Assembly: GCF_963921235.1 (NCBI RefSeq) | Contig: NC_086108.1 | Location: 19,716,001-19,780,000, forward strand | Reading direction: 5' to 3' | From: Mobula hypostoma | Lineage: Eukaryota | Length of the DNA: 64,000 nt | Shown: positions 53,142 to 64,000 of the stretch, in pieces | How the letters are laid out: the number at the start of each line of letters is the position of its first letter | Numbering within the stretch: the first letter of the stretch is position 1 | Program-made: the position numbers and the translations under genes | The notes under the pieces: generated by a model | Database searches by the model: none | What the model saw: only the letters and a program-made list of their open reading frames with translations | Told to the model about the DNA's origin: nothing

Positions 53142-53857
53142 GTAAAGCAAATTAGTTTGTAAATAAATGGAATTGAGACTAAATATTCTCTGAAGTGGTT
53201 GAAATCTTGCACTCCAAGAATGTCTTATTACTCAATCTGCCAAGTCGTTTGCACCCCCCCCTTTTTTTTCCCTGCTTCCAACTATCACATTCCTTTTTGT
53301 TTTCTCCACCTGGGGGAGCAAAGTACCCAGGCAAGCATCAGGTATTTAATGACCAAATTTTGAGAGTTCCGTGATCAGACAGCTTCTGAGTTGTCTAACT
53401 TGCAGGTTCTGACTAAACTGGAATTTCTGTTCTGCCAGGAATAGATTTCTCTTGCACTACAGTTGTGCTTTCAGGCAATTGATAATTAATGTTACCTCCC
53501 AGTACACTTCAGCATTAGATTACTTGTCCTTGAGACATATCTGAATTAAAATAATTTTCCCACACTTGGGTTTAACTGTTTGAATGCCAGACTCATAAAC
53601 CCACAAAGGTTTAGCCAACCACTTGCTAACCATTGCTTTGACCACATGCAAAGCCATGGTGAGACTGCATTGATACTTGCAGCTCCCAAGGTAAACCTTT
53701 GCAGCAATGATTTTGCAGACTTGCTAACTCTGGCAGAACATTTGGCAAGGTGATGTGCTTTCATCACTAACCTAAAGACAAGTAATTTGGCATGGCAATT
53801 TGTTGCTCATCCAAGAGACTTTCTCCAGCTCTGGGAAACTTTAGGTAGAATTTTAAC

Positions 53858-54429
53858 TTGTACAAGGCAATGGTGAGGCCAAAGTTGGAGTATTGTGTAC
53901 AGTTTTGGTCACCAAATTATGGGAAAGATGTCAACAAAATAGAGAGAGTACAGAGAAGGTTTACTAGAATGTTACCTGGGTTTCATCACCTAAGTTACAG
54001 AGAAAGGTTGAACAAGTTGGGTCTTTATTCTTTGGAACGTAGAAGGTTGAGGGGGCACTTGATAGAGGTATTTAAAATTATGAGGGGGATAGAGAGAGTT
54101 GAAGTGGATAGGCTTTTTTCATTGAGAGTGGGGGAGATTCAAGCAAGAGGACAAGAGTTGAGAGTTAAAGGGCAAAAGTTTAGGGGTAACATGAGGGGGA
54201 ACTTCTTTATGCAGAGAGTGGTAGCTGTGTGGAACGAGCTTCCAGCAGAAGTGGTTGAGGCAGGTTCGATGTCGTCGTTTAAAGTTAAATTGGACAGCTA
54301 AATGGACAGGAAAGGAACGGAGGGTTATGGGCTGGGTGCAGGTCGGTGGGACTATGTAAGAGTAAGAACTCAGCACGGACTAGAAGGGCCGAGATGGCCT
54401 GTTTCCATGCTGTAATTGTTATATGGTTA
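53858..54429 (+). mobile_element. CR1 3' fragment ending about 130 nt before exon 11
   Basis: ORF 53858-54301 YKAMVRPKLEYCVQFWSP...RGNFF. Confidence 0.9.
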
Positions 54430-54561
54430 AGGCATGGCATGGATAAATTGTAGAAATATTTTTTTGTTTAAATAATATTTTGGAAAGAGCCACAGCAGAC
54501 AACAGCATTTTCCTGAGAATTCCACTCTTTTCTTTTTTTGCCCCTCCCAAATGGATGCCAG

Positions 54562-54795
54562 GCTTTACAGGGACTAAGTGCGAGATCAACGAAAATGATT
54601 GCAATCCGGACCCCTGCCACTATGGGGCGTGTGAGGATGGGATCGCTGGGTATACGTGCATCTGCACACCTGGCTACAAGGGGCCGATCTGCAGTGAACA
54701 GATTGATGAGTGCCAGAGTCAGCCATGCCAGAACGGAGGCACTTGCCAAGACCGTGTGAATGACTACAAGTGTCGATGCCCGGTTGGCACCTCAG
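54562..54795 (+). CDS. notch2: Notch exon 11; EGF15-16 (GC donor)
   Basis: gccag|GC acceptor, TCAG|gcaagt donor, 234 nt; [23 protein letters not shown]...CPVGTSG. Confidence 0.92.
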
Positions 54796-56432
54796 GCAAG
54801 TACCTGTGGTTAAAGAGACTGTCTTGTCAAGGACAGGGCAATCGCTCTGTAAGTTGGCAATTATCTGCTGGTGGTTAATGCCGCACCACACCCCATACTA
54901 CTTCAATTTGCTGCTTTTTGGTGAACTGGTATTAATTTATCACAGATTGGTAGGTGAACTGTTTCCATCCTTTTGGTGGATATGCTCACAATTCGATGGA
55001 AAGATGCAATAAATATTGCATTACCCCTATTGATATTAAAACACTCCTACAGTGCTCAATTGTGTGGTGGAGTCCCTCCGCTAGCTTACAGTTCATTATT
55101 GGGCAAAGTGTAGCACCTACTTGGCCCTTGATCAGGGTCACCTGAAGCTGTGGGAGCAGGTGGCGGATAGTTGTATGAGCAGCTGGTGCACACCACAAGT
55201 TGTGGTTATACAATTTACTGTATTGGTAGCACAGTTGACAGGTTTGCCTTGCGAGGAGAGATTGAGTAGAGTGGGATTAAATTCTTTTAAGAGTTTAAAA
55301 GAATGAGAAGAGCCCTTATTTAAGCTTACAATATTCTGAAAAGGTTTGATAGGTTAGATTGAATTGGTTTCTTGTTGTTGCTTGTACTGAGATGTAGTGA
55401 AAAGCCTGTCTTCCAGACTGTTTATGCAGTTCATGGTGCATCGAGGTAAAACAATAACAATGCAGAATGAGGTGTAACAGCTCCAGAGAAAGTACAGTGC
55501 AGGTAGAAAACAAGAAGCAGGTGGAATATGCTTCTTCTGACTGAGGAGTCTGGGACTGCTAGCATGGGTTCAGAGTAAGGGTTAATACATTTCGGAATTA
55601 GTTGAGGAAGAATTCTTCATTCAAGGTGCTGGTTCTTTGGGATTATCTCCCATGATGGACTTGCTGCTCAGTTGTTGCATTCATTTAAAGTAGGGATTAA
55701 TAGATTTCTGAGCATCGGGGATATGGACTGGAAAACGATGGTGAGGGAAGTGATCAGTGACGACTTTCAACGGCAGAGCAGACTTAAGGGACTGGATTAC
55801 TTACTCCATTTTATTATGTTATTTATCTCATCGAGGTGGCGGGTTCAACGTAGAATGCTTTGTCCAAGGGGCAACCAAATGCTAATACACTCAGTGTGGA
55901 ATGGAAGCCATCAATTTCAGGGTTCCATTTCTTTTGCTGTCTTCACCACTGGTACGCCCCTATCAAGGCCAGAGTTCGTGAACCAATTTTGGGTGCACTT
56001 GTTTGCTTCTTCATGATCCGTGCTGAGCTCTAGATGTGGTCAGAGCCAGAACAGTGATTAATGGATGGACAGGAAGAAACAAGACAATTAAGTTCTCAGC
56101 CCCCTGTTCTGCACGTGCTGACTTCTGCTTCTATCAATCACAGAATTAGGAACTTTCGAAAGCTGGAAGTATTGCAGCAAATTTTAGCTGTGTGGCTTAA
56201 TGTGCGTAGAAAGCATTTGTTTACATTGTTTTACTGTGGATAGAAAATAGTTTATTTAATGTGTTACCACAGTAACCATGCTATTTTGTTGGATTCTTGG
56301 ATCTCCTCAGACCCACAGGAACTTGTATGAGTTGAAAATTATCATACTTCTCTGCACCATTTGATGTTGCTGTTCTCCTGTGATGCATTTCACACGCATT
56401 AAATGAACATTTTTGTTTGAACAACCCTGCAG

Positions 56433-56543
56433 GTGTTAATTGTGAAATTAACTATAATGACTGTGCCAGTAACCCATGTGACTATGGAATCTGTCGAGAT
56501 GGTATCAATCGGTATGATTGTGTCTGCAGTCCCGGATATTCAG
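56433..56543 (+). CDS. notch2: Notch exon 12; EGF17
   Basis: tgcag|GT acceptor, TCAG|gtaaga donor, 111 nt; [37 protein letters not shown]. Confidence 0.95.
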
Positions 56544-56689
56544 GTAAGACCTTGTTCCAACGTCCTCTTTTCTAATTTGCATTCAGTCTGGCACAGATTG
56601 CTGTTATTTTCCATAATTTAAGACAAAGTCTCAGCATTACTGGGAACAGTTCCTCTGAAAAATTAGAATGAATACAAGCATTCTGTGAT

Positions 56690-57725
56690 CACATACAGAA
56701 CACCTGCCCCTACATCACCTACCTTGCCTCCATTTAAGGCCCTGAGCAGTCCTTCCAGGTGAGATAGTTTTCCACAAGTGAATCGATTGGTGTCATTTAT
56801 TGCATCTGGTGCTCCCAATACAACCTCCTGTGCATAGTGAGGCCCAGTGCAGATGGAGGATCACTTTGTCCAGCACCTTCATTCCATCTACCAAACCAGC
56901 TGAGATTGCCTGATTGCTACCTATTTTAATTCAACTTCCCATTTCCCATAGCAGTGTGGAATTTTAAGCCACACTGCTCAGCAACTCCCAATTTGACCCT
57001 AATCTAATCACAGGACAATTTACAATGACCAATTAACCTACCAGCCGGTATGGCTTTGGACTGTGGGAGGAAACAAGAGCACTAGGAGAAAACCCACGCA
57101 TTCCATGGGGAAGATGTACGGATTCTGTACAGAGGACGCCAGGATTGAACTCGTAAACTCTGACACCCTGGGCTGTAATAGTGTCATGCTAACTGCTGCG
57201 CTACCATGGCTCAGCTGCAAGTTGGGTCAAGAGACAGATCTGAGGAATAGCACCTCACATTCTGCTTTGGTACAAACATTGATTTCTCTAACTTTTGGGA
57301 ACAGCTCCCCTCTGTCCCTTTTATTCCCTATCCAACTGGCCTCCATCACCCCATCCTTCCCCAGCCCTACTCTCTTGATCTGCCCATTCCAGACTCTGGC
57401 TCATTCTTCGCCTCCTTCCCTTTATTCCATAGTCCACTGTCCTCTCCCTTCAGATTCCTTCTTCAGCTCTTTACTTTCAGTTATCACCTTCCAGCATCTC
57501 ATATCATTCCTACTCATTCCCCCCCCCTTCCTCACACCTGCATCCACCTATCACCTGCCAGCTCTTGCTCCACTCCCTCCCCCCCACCTTTTTACACCGG
57601 CGTATCTCCCCTCTTTCTTTCCAGTCCAGAGGAAGTGCCTTGACCTAAAGTGTCACCTGTCCATTTTTCCCTGCAGATATTGCTTTCTGTGATCCTCCAG
57701 AATTCCAGCTTTGCATTCTCTTGTG
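56690..57725 (+). mobile_element. Decayed Penelope 3' fragment with a nested - strand V-SINE (about 56960-57210)
   Basis: GIY-YIG-like remnant, pyrimidine-rich tail, degenerate hammerhead near 57624; V-core at 57062. Confidence 0.6.
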
Positions 57726-58016
57726 TATCCATTATATGATCATGTTGTGCTGAAGCTAAATATAAGGGGATAAGTATTAGCCAGAGTATTAAGAGGTGTT
57801 CTGCTTTCTGACATAGTCTGCAAGTACCCCAGTGTCTCCTCAGAGTACTGGTAGGCCTTGCTTCACTGTGTAATTGAGTCATAGAGCACCAAAAGAGGCC
57901 TTGGCCCAACTGGCCCATGCCAACCAAGATTCCAATCCATCTAGTCCCGTTTACCTGCATTTGCCCCATATCCCTCTCAAGCCTTGCTATCCACGTACCT
58001 GTTCAAGTATCCTTTT

Positions 58017-58172
58017 GCTGCCGGAGGAAGGTGTCTGCATGTGACAGTCACTCTCTCCCTTGATGCTGTCGGAGGAAGGTGTCTGCGTGTGACAGTCACT
58101 CTCTCCCTTGATGCTGTCGGAGGAAGGTGTCTGCGTGTGACAGTCACTCTCTCCCTTGATGCTGTCGGAGGA
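58017..58172. repeat. 48-bp minisatellite, about 3.2 copies
   Basis: gctgtcggaggaaggtgtctgcgtgtgacagtcactctctcccttgat starting at 58017, 58065, 58113, partial at 58161. Confidence 0.95.
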
Positions 58173-59258
58173 TGGTGCCAGAGCAAGATTTAATCAGTGC
58201 AGTTTGTGGACTCTAATTCACATTCTGATGTTTTTCTGGTGGCTCCTCTTTTGTTGCTAGTTTGGCAATTTTGAATCATGTCAGTCTGCAGATAAGGAAC
58301 ACTGATCCGAACTGAAATATGCCTTTTAATTTTGTGCTTTATATTCTGTCTTTTTCATTTTCTTCGTTGCTGTTTGCGTGATTTTTTTGTGTGTGTGTGG
58401 AGGGTTGGTGCTTTATTTCCTTTGAAAAGGTTCCATGGTTCTTTGTTTTGTTGACTGTGGGGAAGATGAATCTCAGGGTTACATGCTGCATACGTACTTT
58501 GATAATAAATGTACTTTGAATCTTTTGAAATGTTGTTAATGTACCTGCCTTAACCACTTCTTCAGACAGCATATTGCGTAGATACATAGACCGACCACCC
58601 ACTGCTCCTCAGTCTCTCCCCTCTCCCCTCTCCCCTCTCACCTCAAGCCTTTGACCACTTGTTCTTGATTCTCCAACCCTGAGAAAAAGACAGTGTGCAT
58701 TCACCATCTCTAGACCCCTCGTGATTTCATACACCTCTACAAGATCACCCTACCCTGCAATGAATGCAGTCCCGGCCATTTCAACCTCTCACCATAACTC
58801 AGTCACTCTAGTCCCAGAAACATTCTTGTAGTTCTCCTTTGCATTCTTCGCAGCTTAATGGCATCTTTTCTATAGGAAAGTGACCAAAACCGAACAGATT
58901 ACTCTTAAGTGCCACCTCACCGATGCCTTGTACAACCCTGAGTGCAATTTTAAACATTCCATTCAGTATAGTAAATTTGGGGCCATTTCATTCTGTTTGT
59001 CACAAGCCACTTTGGGCACCAGGTGTGTGGGTTTGGCATATTGGCACTCAAAGCACTTGGCTCTTCAAAGTGTTTTTAAGGTTGCTTTTTAATGAGTTAG
59101 CCTAAGTGAAAATCAGCCTTTCAGTCCCATGGGATGGGATGGTGTGCCAGATGGTTTGTATAGAGCAAGGTCGCGCAGCCAGTCGGTGTCACAAGCCAGT
59201 TATGTGTTGGTGAGGTGTAAATATGACTGTGTTCCCAGAAAACAAGCGCTTTCACGTT

Positions 59259-59487
59259 TGAAGCACCTTCAATTACTCCAAAAGACTGAGGTTTGGTAAA
59301 ATACTGAAAGGCTTTTATTCGCTGTACAATACGACCTCCACAGTGAGTGTCTGCCCCCGGACTGAGGGGGAGGGGCAAGGCGAACACCTTTATACAGGAC
59401 TCTGTGGGAGGAGCCACAGGGGCAGTCAGAAGAGGGGTGTGTCCAGACAGGTAACCGAGTGACAACATATATACATGGTTTACCACA
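59259..59487 (-). mobile_element. Solo LTR, 229 bp
   Basis: TG...CA termini; 5-bp TSD ACGTT at 59254-59258 and 59488-59492; TATAAA then AATAAA on the - strand. Confidence 0.85.
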
Positions 59488-59861
59488 ACGTTGTGCCAGC
59501 TTCATCTGAGGCTTCAGTGCAGCAAACGATTGGGAAGGCAGCACGTGAAAACCGCAGAGTTCCCCTGCTTCGCTGAAGGAGTGTCGGTCTGTTCCCTTGG
59601 TGGGGTGACTCAGAAGTGATCGTGCTACCACTCAGCCAGGCGGAGGGGTCAAAGGAAATGAGAATGAAATGGTTTTCGTTGCCCAGATCTTTCAACAGAA
59701 TAAAAATTAGATTTTAGGCATGTAGGAAAATACGTAGTACATATTTCATTAAACTGGTGTAAGGGAGTTATTAGATTCCAGGGGAGCAATTCCATCTGTC
59801 CAATTACCCCCTCTTTTTATTCCCCTGTACCCCTGTAATTTGTTGTCTCTCACATGCCCAT

Positions 59862-60193
59862 CATTGATCGTGTGGATAGTCAGAGGCTTTTTCCCAGGGC
59901 TGAAATGGTTGCCACAAGAGGACACAGGTTTAAGGTGCTGGGGAGTAGGTACAGAGGAGATGTCAGGGGTAAGTTTTTTACTCAGAGAGTGGTGAGTGCG
60001 TGGAATGGGCTGCCGACAACGGTGGTGGAGGCGGATACCATAGGGTCTCTTAAGAGACTTTTAGATAGGTACATGGAGCTTAGTAAAATAGAGGGCTATT
60101 GGTAAACCTAGTAATTTCTAAGGTAGGGACATGCTCGGCACAACTCTGTGGGCCGAAGGGCCTGTATTGTGCTGTAGGTTTTCTATGTTTCTA
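59862..60193 (+). mobile_element. Short CR1 3' fragment
   Basis: DRVDSQRLFP..TRGHRFKV..FFTQRVV; ttctatgtttcta tail. Confidence 0.85.
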
Positions 60194-60204
60194 ACCCTCC
60201 TTTG

Positions 60205-60329
60205 ATTCATTTTTTCACTTGCCGCCTTGGGGAGTAATTCATTTTTTTTCACTTGCCTTCTTGGGAGGTAATTCATTTTTTTCATTTGCTGCCTTGGGGA
60301 GTAATTCATTTTTCCCACTTGCTGCCTTA
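60205..60329. repeat. Roughly 33-bp degenerate tandem repeat, 4 copies
   Basis: attcat(t)ncacttgc.gccttggggagta units. Confidence 0.85.
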
Positions 60330-61571
60330 GCGGGGGGGGGGGTAGGTGTAATTTACAGTGGCCATTTAACATGTCAGCATATCTTTAGGAGGTGGGAGGA
60401 AACCAGAGGGCTCAGGGACAAGGAGAACCTAGTCACAAGGAGAACATGCAGACTCCACACAAACAGCACGGGAGGTTAGGGTTAAACCCAGGTTGTCGGA
60501 GCTGTGAGACAATAGCTCTCCTCACAGCATCACTGCCACATGGAGCACTTGCCCCAAATTCAACACCAGAAATACTCGACTCCTGAGAATGATGGCACCC
60601 AGAGACTGGATGATAAAAAAAATAGGTTTCACTGACTCATTCCCTTCCCCTCTTTATTTCACAAATGACTCCTTTAGATTCTGGTAGGCCTGTGTTTTCC
60701 CTCATTCTAAGATCCTTTCATGAATTTTGGGATTGATTCCATATTTAAGTATTGTGGCACAGTTGGAGTTTAAACCCCTCCCTTTTGATCGGACAAGATG
60801 ATGGATTCATGATGGTCATCATGCTGATGGTCTGCAAATCTTTCAGCCTGCCCTTGTGACTGTAAATCTGAGTGACTGAATTTTGGCAGTGCCGTGATTG
60901 TAATGATTTTATTCATTTTGTGTGCTGTGTTTAATAAATACAGAATTGTCTGCATCCATTTATAGCTGTGACTAATACCTCAGAAATCATGCTGTCAAAT
61001 TATAATTCCTCTAGTGATTTCTCTTTGTTCTGTTGGTGATAGATAACTAGGCTGCAATCAATGGGCTCAGTGTTTAAAGAGATAGGGAGGGTGGGGCTGA
61101 AATAAGAGCTCTTTAGTGCAATGAAATCATAAACCAATTCATAAAAGAATAGGTTTGCAATTTCATTCCTTAAAGCTCACAGGAATCTTCACCGACAGTC
61201 TAGGTGAAGCCAACAGGTGCTGAGACCCAAGGCCTGTCCATCAAGCTTACAAAAAAAATTCATGGCTCCACCCCATAAGCTGGAGACTAGCCACTGGGTA
61301 TGCTCTTACTCCTGGGTCACGTCAACAGGCCTTAGTTCTTTTGCAATAATTGATCTTTTTGGTTTCCTTAACTGAAAATGTTCACTGTCAACTGACAGGC
61401 TAATACTTGGTCCGGTGAAAAGTTTACTTTGAATTGTTTATTTTTGTAATGTTGAGTCACGCCAACCTACCCCTCCTCATACACTGAGTGAGGGAATGTG
61501 ACCTGAAACCAAAAAAAAATCCTGAATTGTGTTTGCATTCATGTTTGCATTTTTTGTGTTCTTGCTTGCAG

Positions 61572-61764
61572 GACCCATGTGCAACATTGACATAGATGAG
61601 TGCGCCTCCAACCCGTGTCAAAATGGTGGTACATGCGTTGATGAGATCAACCGCTTTGTTTGCCGCTGCCCGGAAGGATATCATGATCCCTATTGTAAAT
61701 CAGAAGTGGACGAGTGCAAGAGTGGCCCTTGTATTCATGGAACATGTGTAGATGACGTCAACAG
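61572..61764 (+). CDS. notch2: Notch exon 13; EGF18-19
   Basis: tgcag|GA acceptor, ACAG|gtcagt donor, 193 nt; [21 protein letters not shown]...[11 protein letters not shown]. Confidence 0.95.
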
Positions 61765-62944
61765 GTCAGTTCTAGTAGCACTGCCTTCCGCGGCTCCTTC
61801 TGTCTCCCCTTCATGCGACTTGCAACCTATTTACAGTTCATGCTGCTAATTAAGATTTGTATAAAGGGGGCGAGAGAATGGTTGCAATGGAGGCAGAAGC
61901 AAAACCTTGGGGCCACAGTTAATTTTTATCTTGAATATTATTTTCATTTTTACAGTTACCTGTATGGTTGTGAAACCAGCTGGGCAGGAGTCTGAATGCC
62001 ACCTGCAGATAGTTGTCTGTTTATCCTATGTGGATGTGGGATACAGGCAGAGTTTGGTTTGCCTATGGTGATTGGCTTGCTGGGTGAGACAAACTTGCCT
62101 GAATGTGTTTTTTTTTTGAAAGTATGTTCCAGCTTGATTTATTGCATTGAGAGAAGGTGCATGGAGAATTCAATATTTTGAAACCAGGAACTAAATTACC
62201 AATATGAATCATTGTGAGGACATAATTGGAATGTAATTCTTCTCTGTGCAGTCAGTACTTGAAGCCAAAGAATAGGTGCAAAAAGGTCATTTCCATTTGG
62301 ATATGGTGAACCCAGCATTTCTGTTTGTTGCTTGCATGTGTTCGTTTGATTTTAATGTGGAATTATTTGTTTTTAATGCATTAAGATTAAACAATGCTTG
62401 ATGCATGTGTTGTGTTTTGAATGTTAAATCTTCCTATGAAAGTAATTGGAAAGAGTTAACACAGTCAATGAAGGCGAACTTCAAGGCAGCAGATTTATCT
62501 TTGAGCTCCCTTTAAACTGATGGATCTCTTCATAACAATAACCTTATTGAGTAATCCTTTTGAGTTATCTTATCAACTATTTTTGTAAAGTAAAATTTAC
62601 AGCACCAGTTTCCACAAAGGCATGCCATAGTGCCCAGGTAATCTTCAGGATATTGGTAGCTGAGAAAATTGGTAGCCAACTGTTCTCGAAATAGTTCCAT
62701 TGGAACCTTTTGTAGACCAGGTGTCAAATTCCTCATCTCAAAGGTGGTATATTGAGCGGTGCACTGACCCCAAGCACTCCGCTGGACTATCATCCTGGGC
62801 TCATTGCATGGACTTCAGTGCAGATAACTTTTTTATTGAAATTACTTTTGGATTTACAGGGCTATGTTTCTTGGCATGACTTTCAAACAAGGAATGCTTC
62901 CAGTTAATACTTGCCTTGCACCGTTACCATTTTTGTTTTTGCAG

Positions 62945-63090
62945 TTACCGGTGTGAATGTCATGCTGGCTGGGCTGGAGTCAACTGCGACGTGGACAAGA
63001 ATGAGTGCGAATCAAATCCCTGTCAACAGGGAGGAACCTGTGAGGACCTAGTCAATGGCTACAAGTGCTTGTGTGTGAAAGGATTTAAAG
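62945..63090 (+). CDS. notch2: Notch exon 14; end of EGF19, EGF20
   Basis: tgcag|T acceptor, AAAG|gtaaga donor, 146 nt; [26 protein letters not shown]...[15 protein letters not shown] (DKNEC and KGFKG are NOTCH2-like). Confidence 0.95.
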
Positions 63091-63432
63091 GTAAGAGAGA
63101 AGCACTGAAGCTTTGAATTGGTGGAGGCAACTAATTATGTGGGTCTGTCCAAAGCCAAGCTTTAAACTGTTGATTCTGAGGGCACAAAAATATGCCTGCA
63201 TCATTCTAGTGTTTATTCAGCCCAATCACCTGTCAACTCCTTAAAAGACCCACTGAAGTTTCAGGTTTCCTTGTGGGTTTCTGGGTACTAGAAAGCTACT
63301 ATTATAAAACTTTACCATTTAACTTCTTGTCATTAAGCAATATTCAAAGTAGGGATAAATTCAAATTATAAATTCTGACCCTTATCAATATTTTCATGTA
63401 CTTTAAGCAGTTTTAAATGTTAATGTGTACGT

Positions 63433-64000
63433 TGTTACGTACCCCGTAACTGGGTTGCCAAACCAGCAGAAATGGATCACTCAGTTGGAGTCTGGAGTAC
63501 GAGAACTAAGAAAGTTTTATTAAAGAAACAAGCAACACAGTAATCGAAAGGATAATAAATTTAACAGTTCAGCAATGATAACCACACATGTGCACAGAAT
63601 TAAGATAACAGCATCAATCAAGCTCTATCGTTGTCTAGGGGTAAATGACCAAATTTAAAAGTGACTCAAAGTTCAGTTCGCAGTAATCGTTGCCATGGAT
63701 GGACAACGTAGGGGAAGAGAGACAGAGAGAACAGGAACAACTGATCATTCAGCACAGCTTCACTCACAGACCTGCGAGATGGCTCACAAGCAGCTTTTGG
63801 GCGGGTCCTTGGTGATGTCACCTGAGGTCACCAACTGTGACCCCTCCTCCAGATGCGGTCGATCCTCTGCAGTGAACCCGGCACCCAGGCAAGGGTGGAC
63901 ACACACCGGGTTCCCGCTGATCGTACCTTTCCACCCTGGCCGTTGTCTGGTACTTCTCACCCACTCGTGAGAGGTGCACCGCTTCCAGGGTCTCGTTACC
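63433..64000. mobile_element. LTR, same family and orientation as 18335-19192, truncated by the window end
   Basis: TGTTACGTACCCC start; near-identical over its length; left flank ACGT. Confidence 0.88.

Noticed and set aside
57063..57692. 209-aa ORF
   Set aside because: Runs through a V-SINE and a pyrimidine-rich Penelope tail; low complexity.
58017..60329. CRISPR-like arrays
   Set aside because: Head-to-tail repeats without unique spacers, in a vertebrate intron, with no cas genes.
29800..61684. Antisense ORFs over Notch exons (e.g. 29800-30096, 35765-36130, 54468-54749, 61457-61684)
   Set aside because: Shadow frames of EGF codon bias with no independent gene signals.
18335..64000. The two LTRs as ends of one 45-kb provirus
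   Set aside because: The first copy has its own TSD on both sides and the second has a different flank.

Overview
Vertebrate genomic DNA, most likely a cartilaginous fish (ray or shark), inferred from the repeat content. The window lies inside one + strand Notch receptor gene. Twelve coding exons (equivalent to exons 3-14, 2213 nt, end of EGF1 through EGF20 including ligand-binding EGF11-12) splice in frame. All introns are GT-AG except one GC-AG intron after exon 11. The peptide is most NOTCH2-like, although three exon lengths match NOTCH1. Introns are dense with transposon remnants: CR1 and Rex1/Babar LINEs, Penelope-like elements carrying minimal hammerhead-ribozyme motifs and long inverted repeats, V-SINEs, a tRNA-SINE, solo LTRs with target-site duplications (TSDs), Tc1/pogo elements and a hAT Charlie/Buster element. 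Most notable: an intact sense-strand hammerhead in a 97-bp TSD-flanked insert, the GC donor, altered O-glycan consensus sites in EGF10 and EGF12, a possible CR1-mediated 5' transduction inside a deeply nested TE cluster, and two direct LTR copies bracketing exons 5-14. No clearly novel system was identified. Paralogue and TE family names come from recalled sequences, not from database searches.
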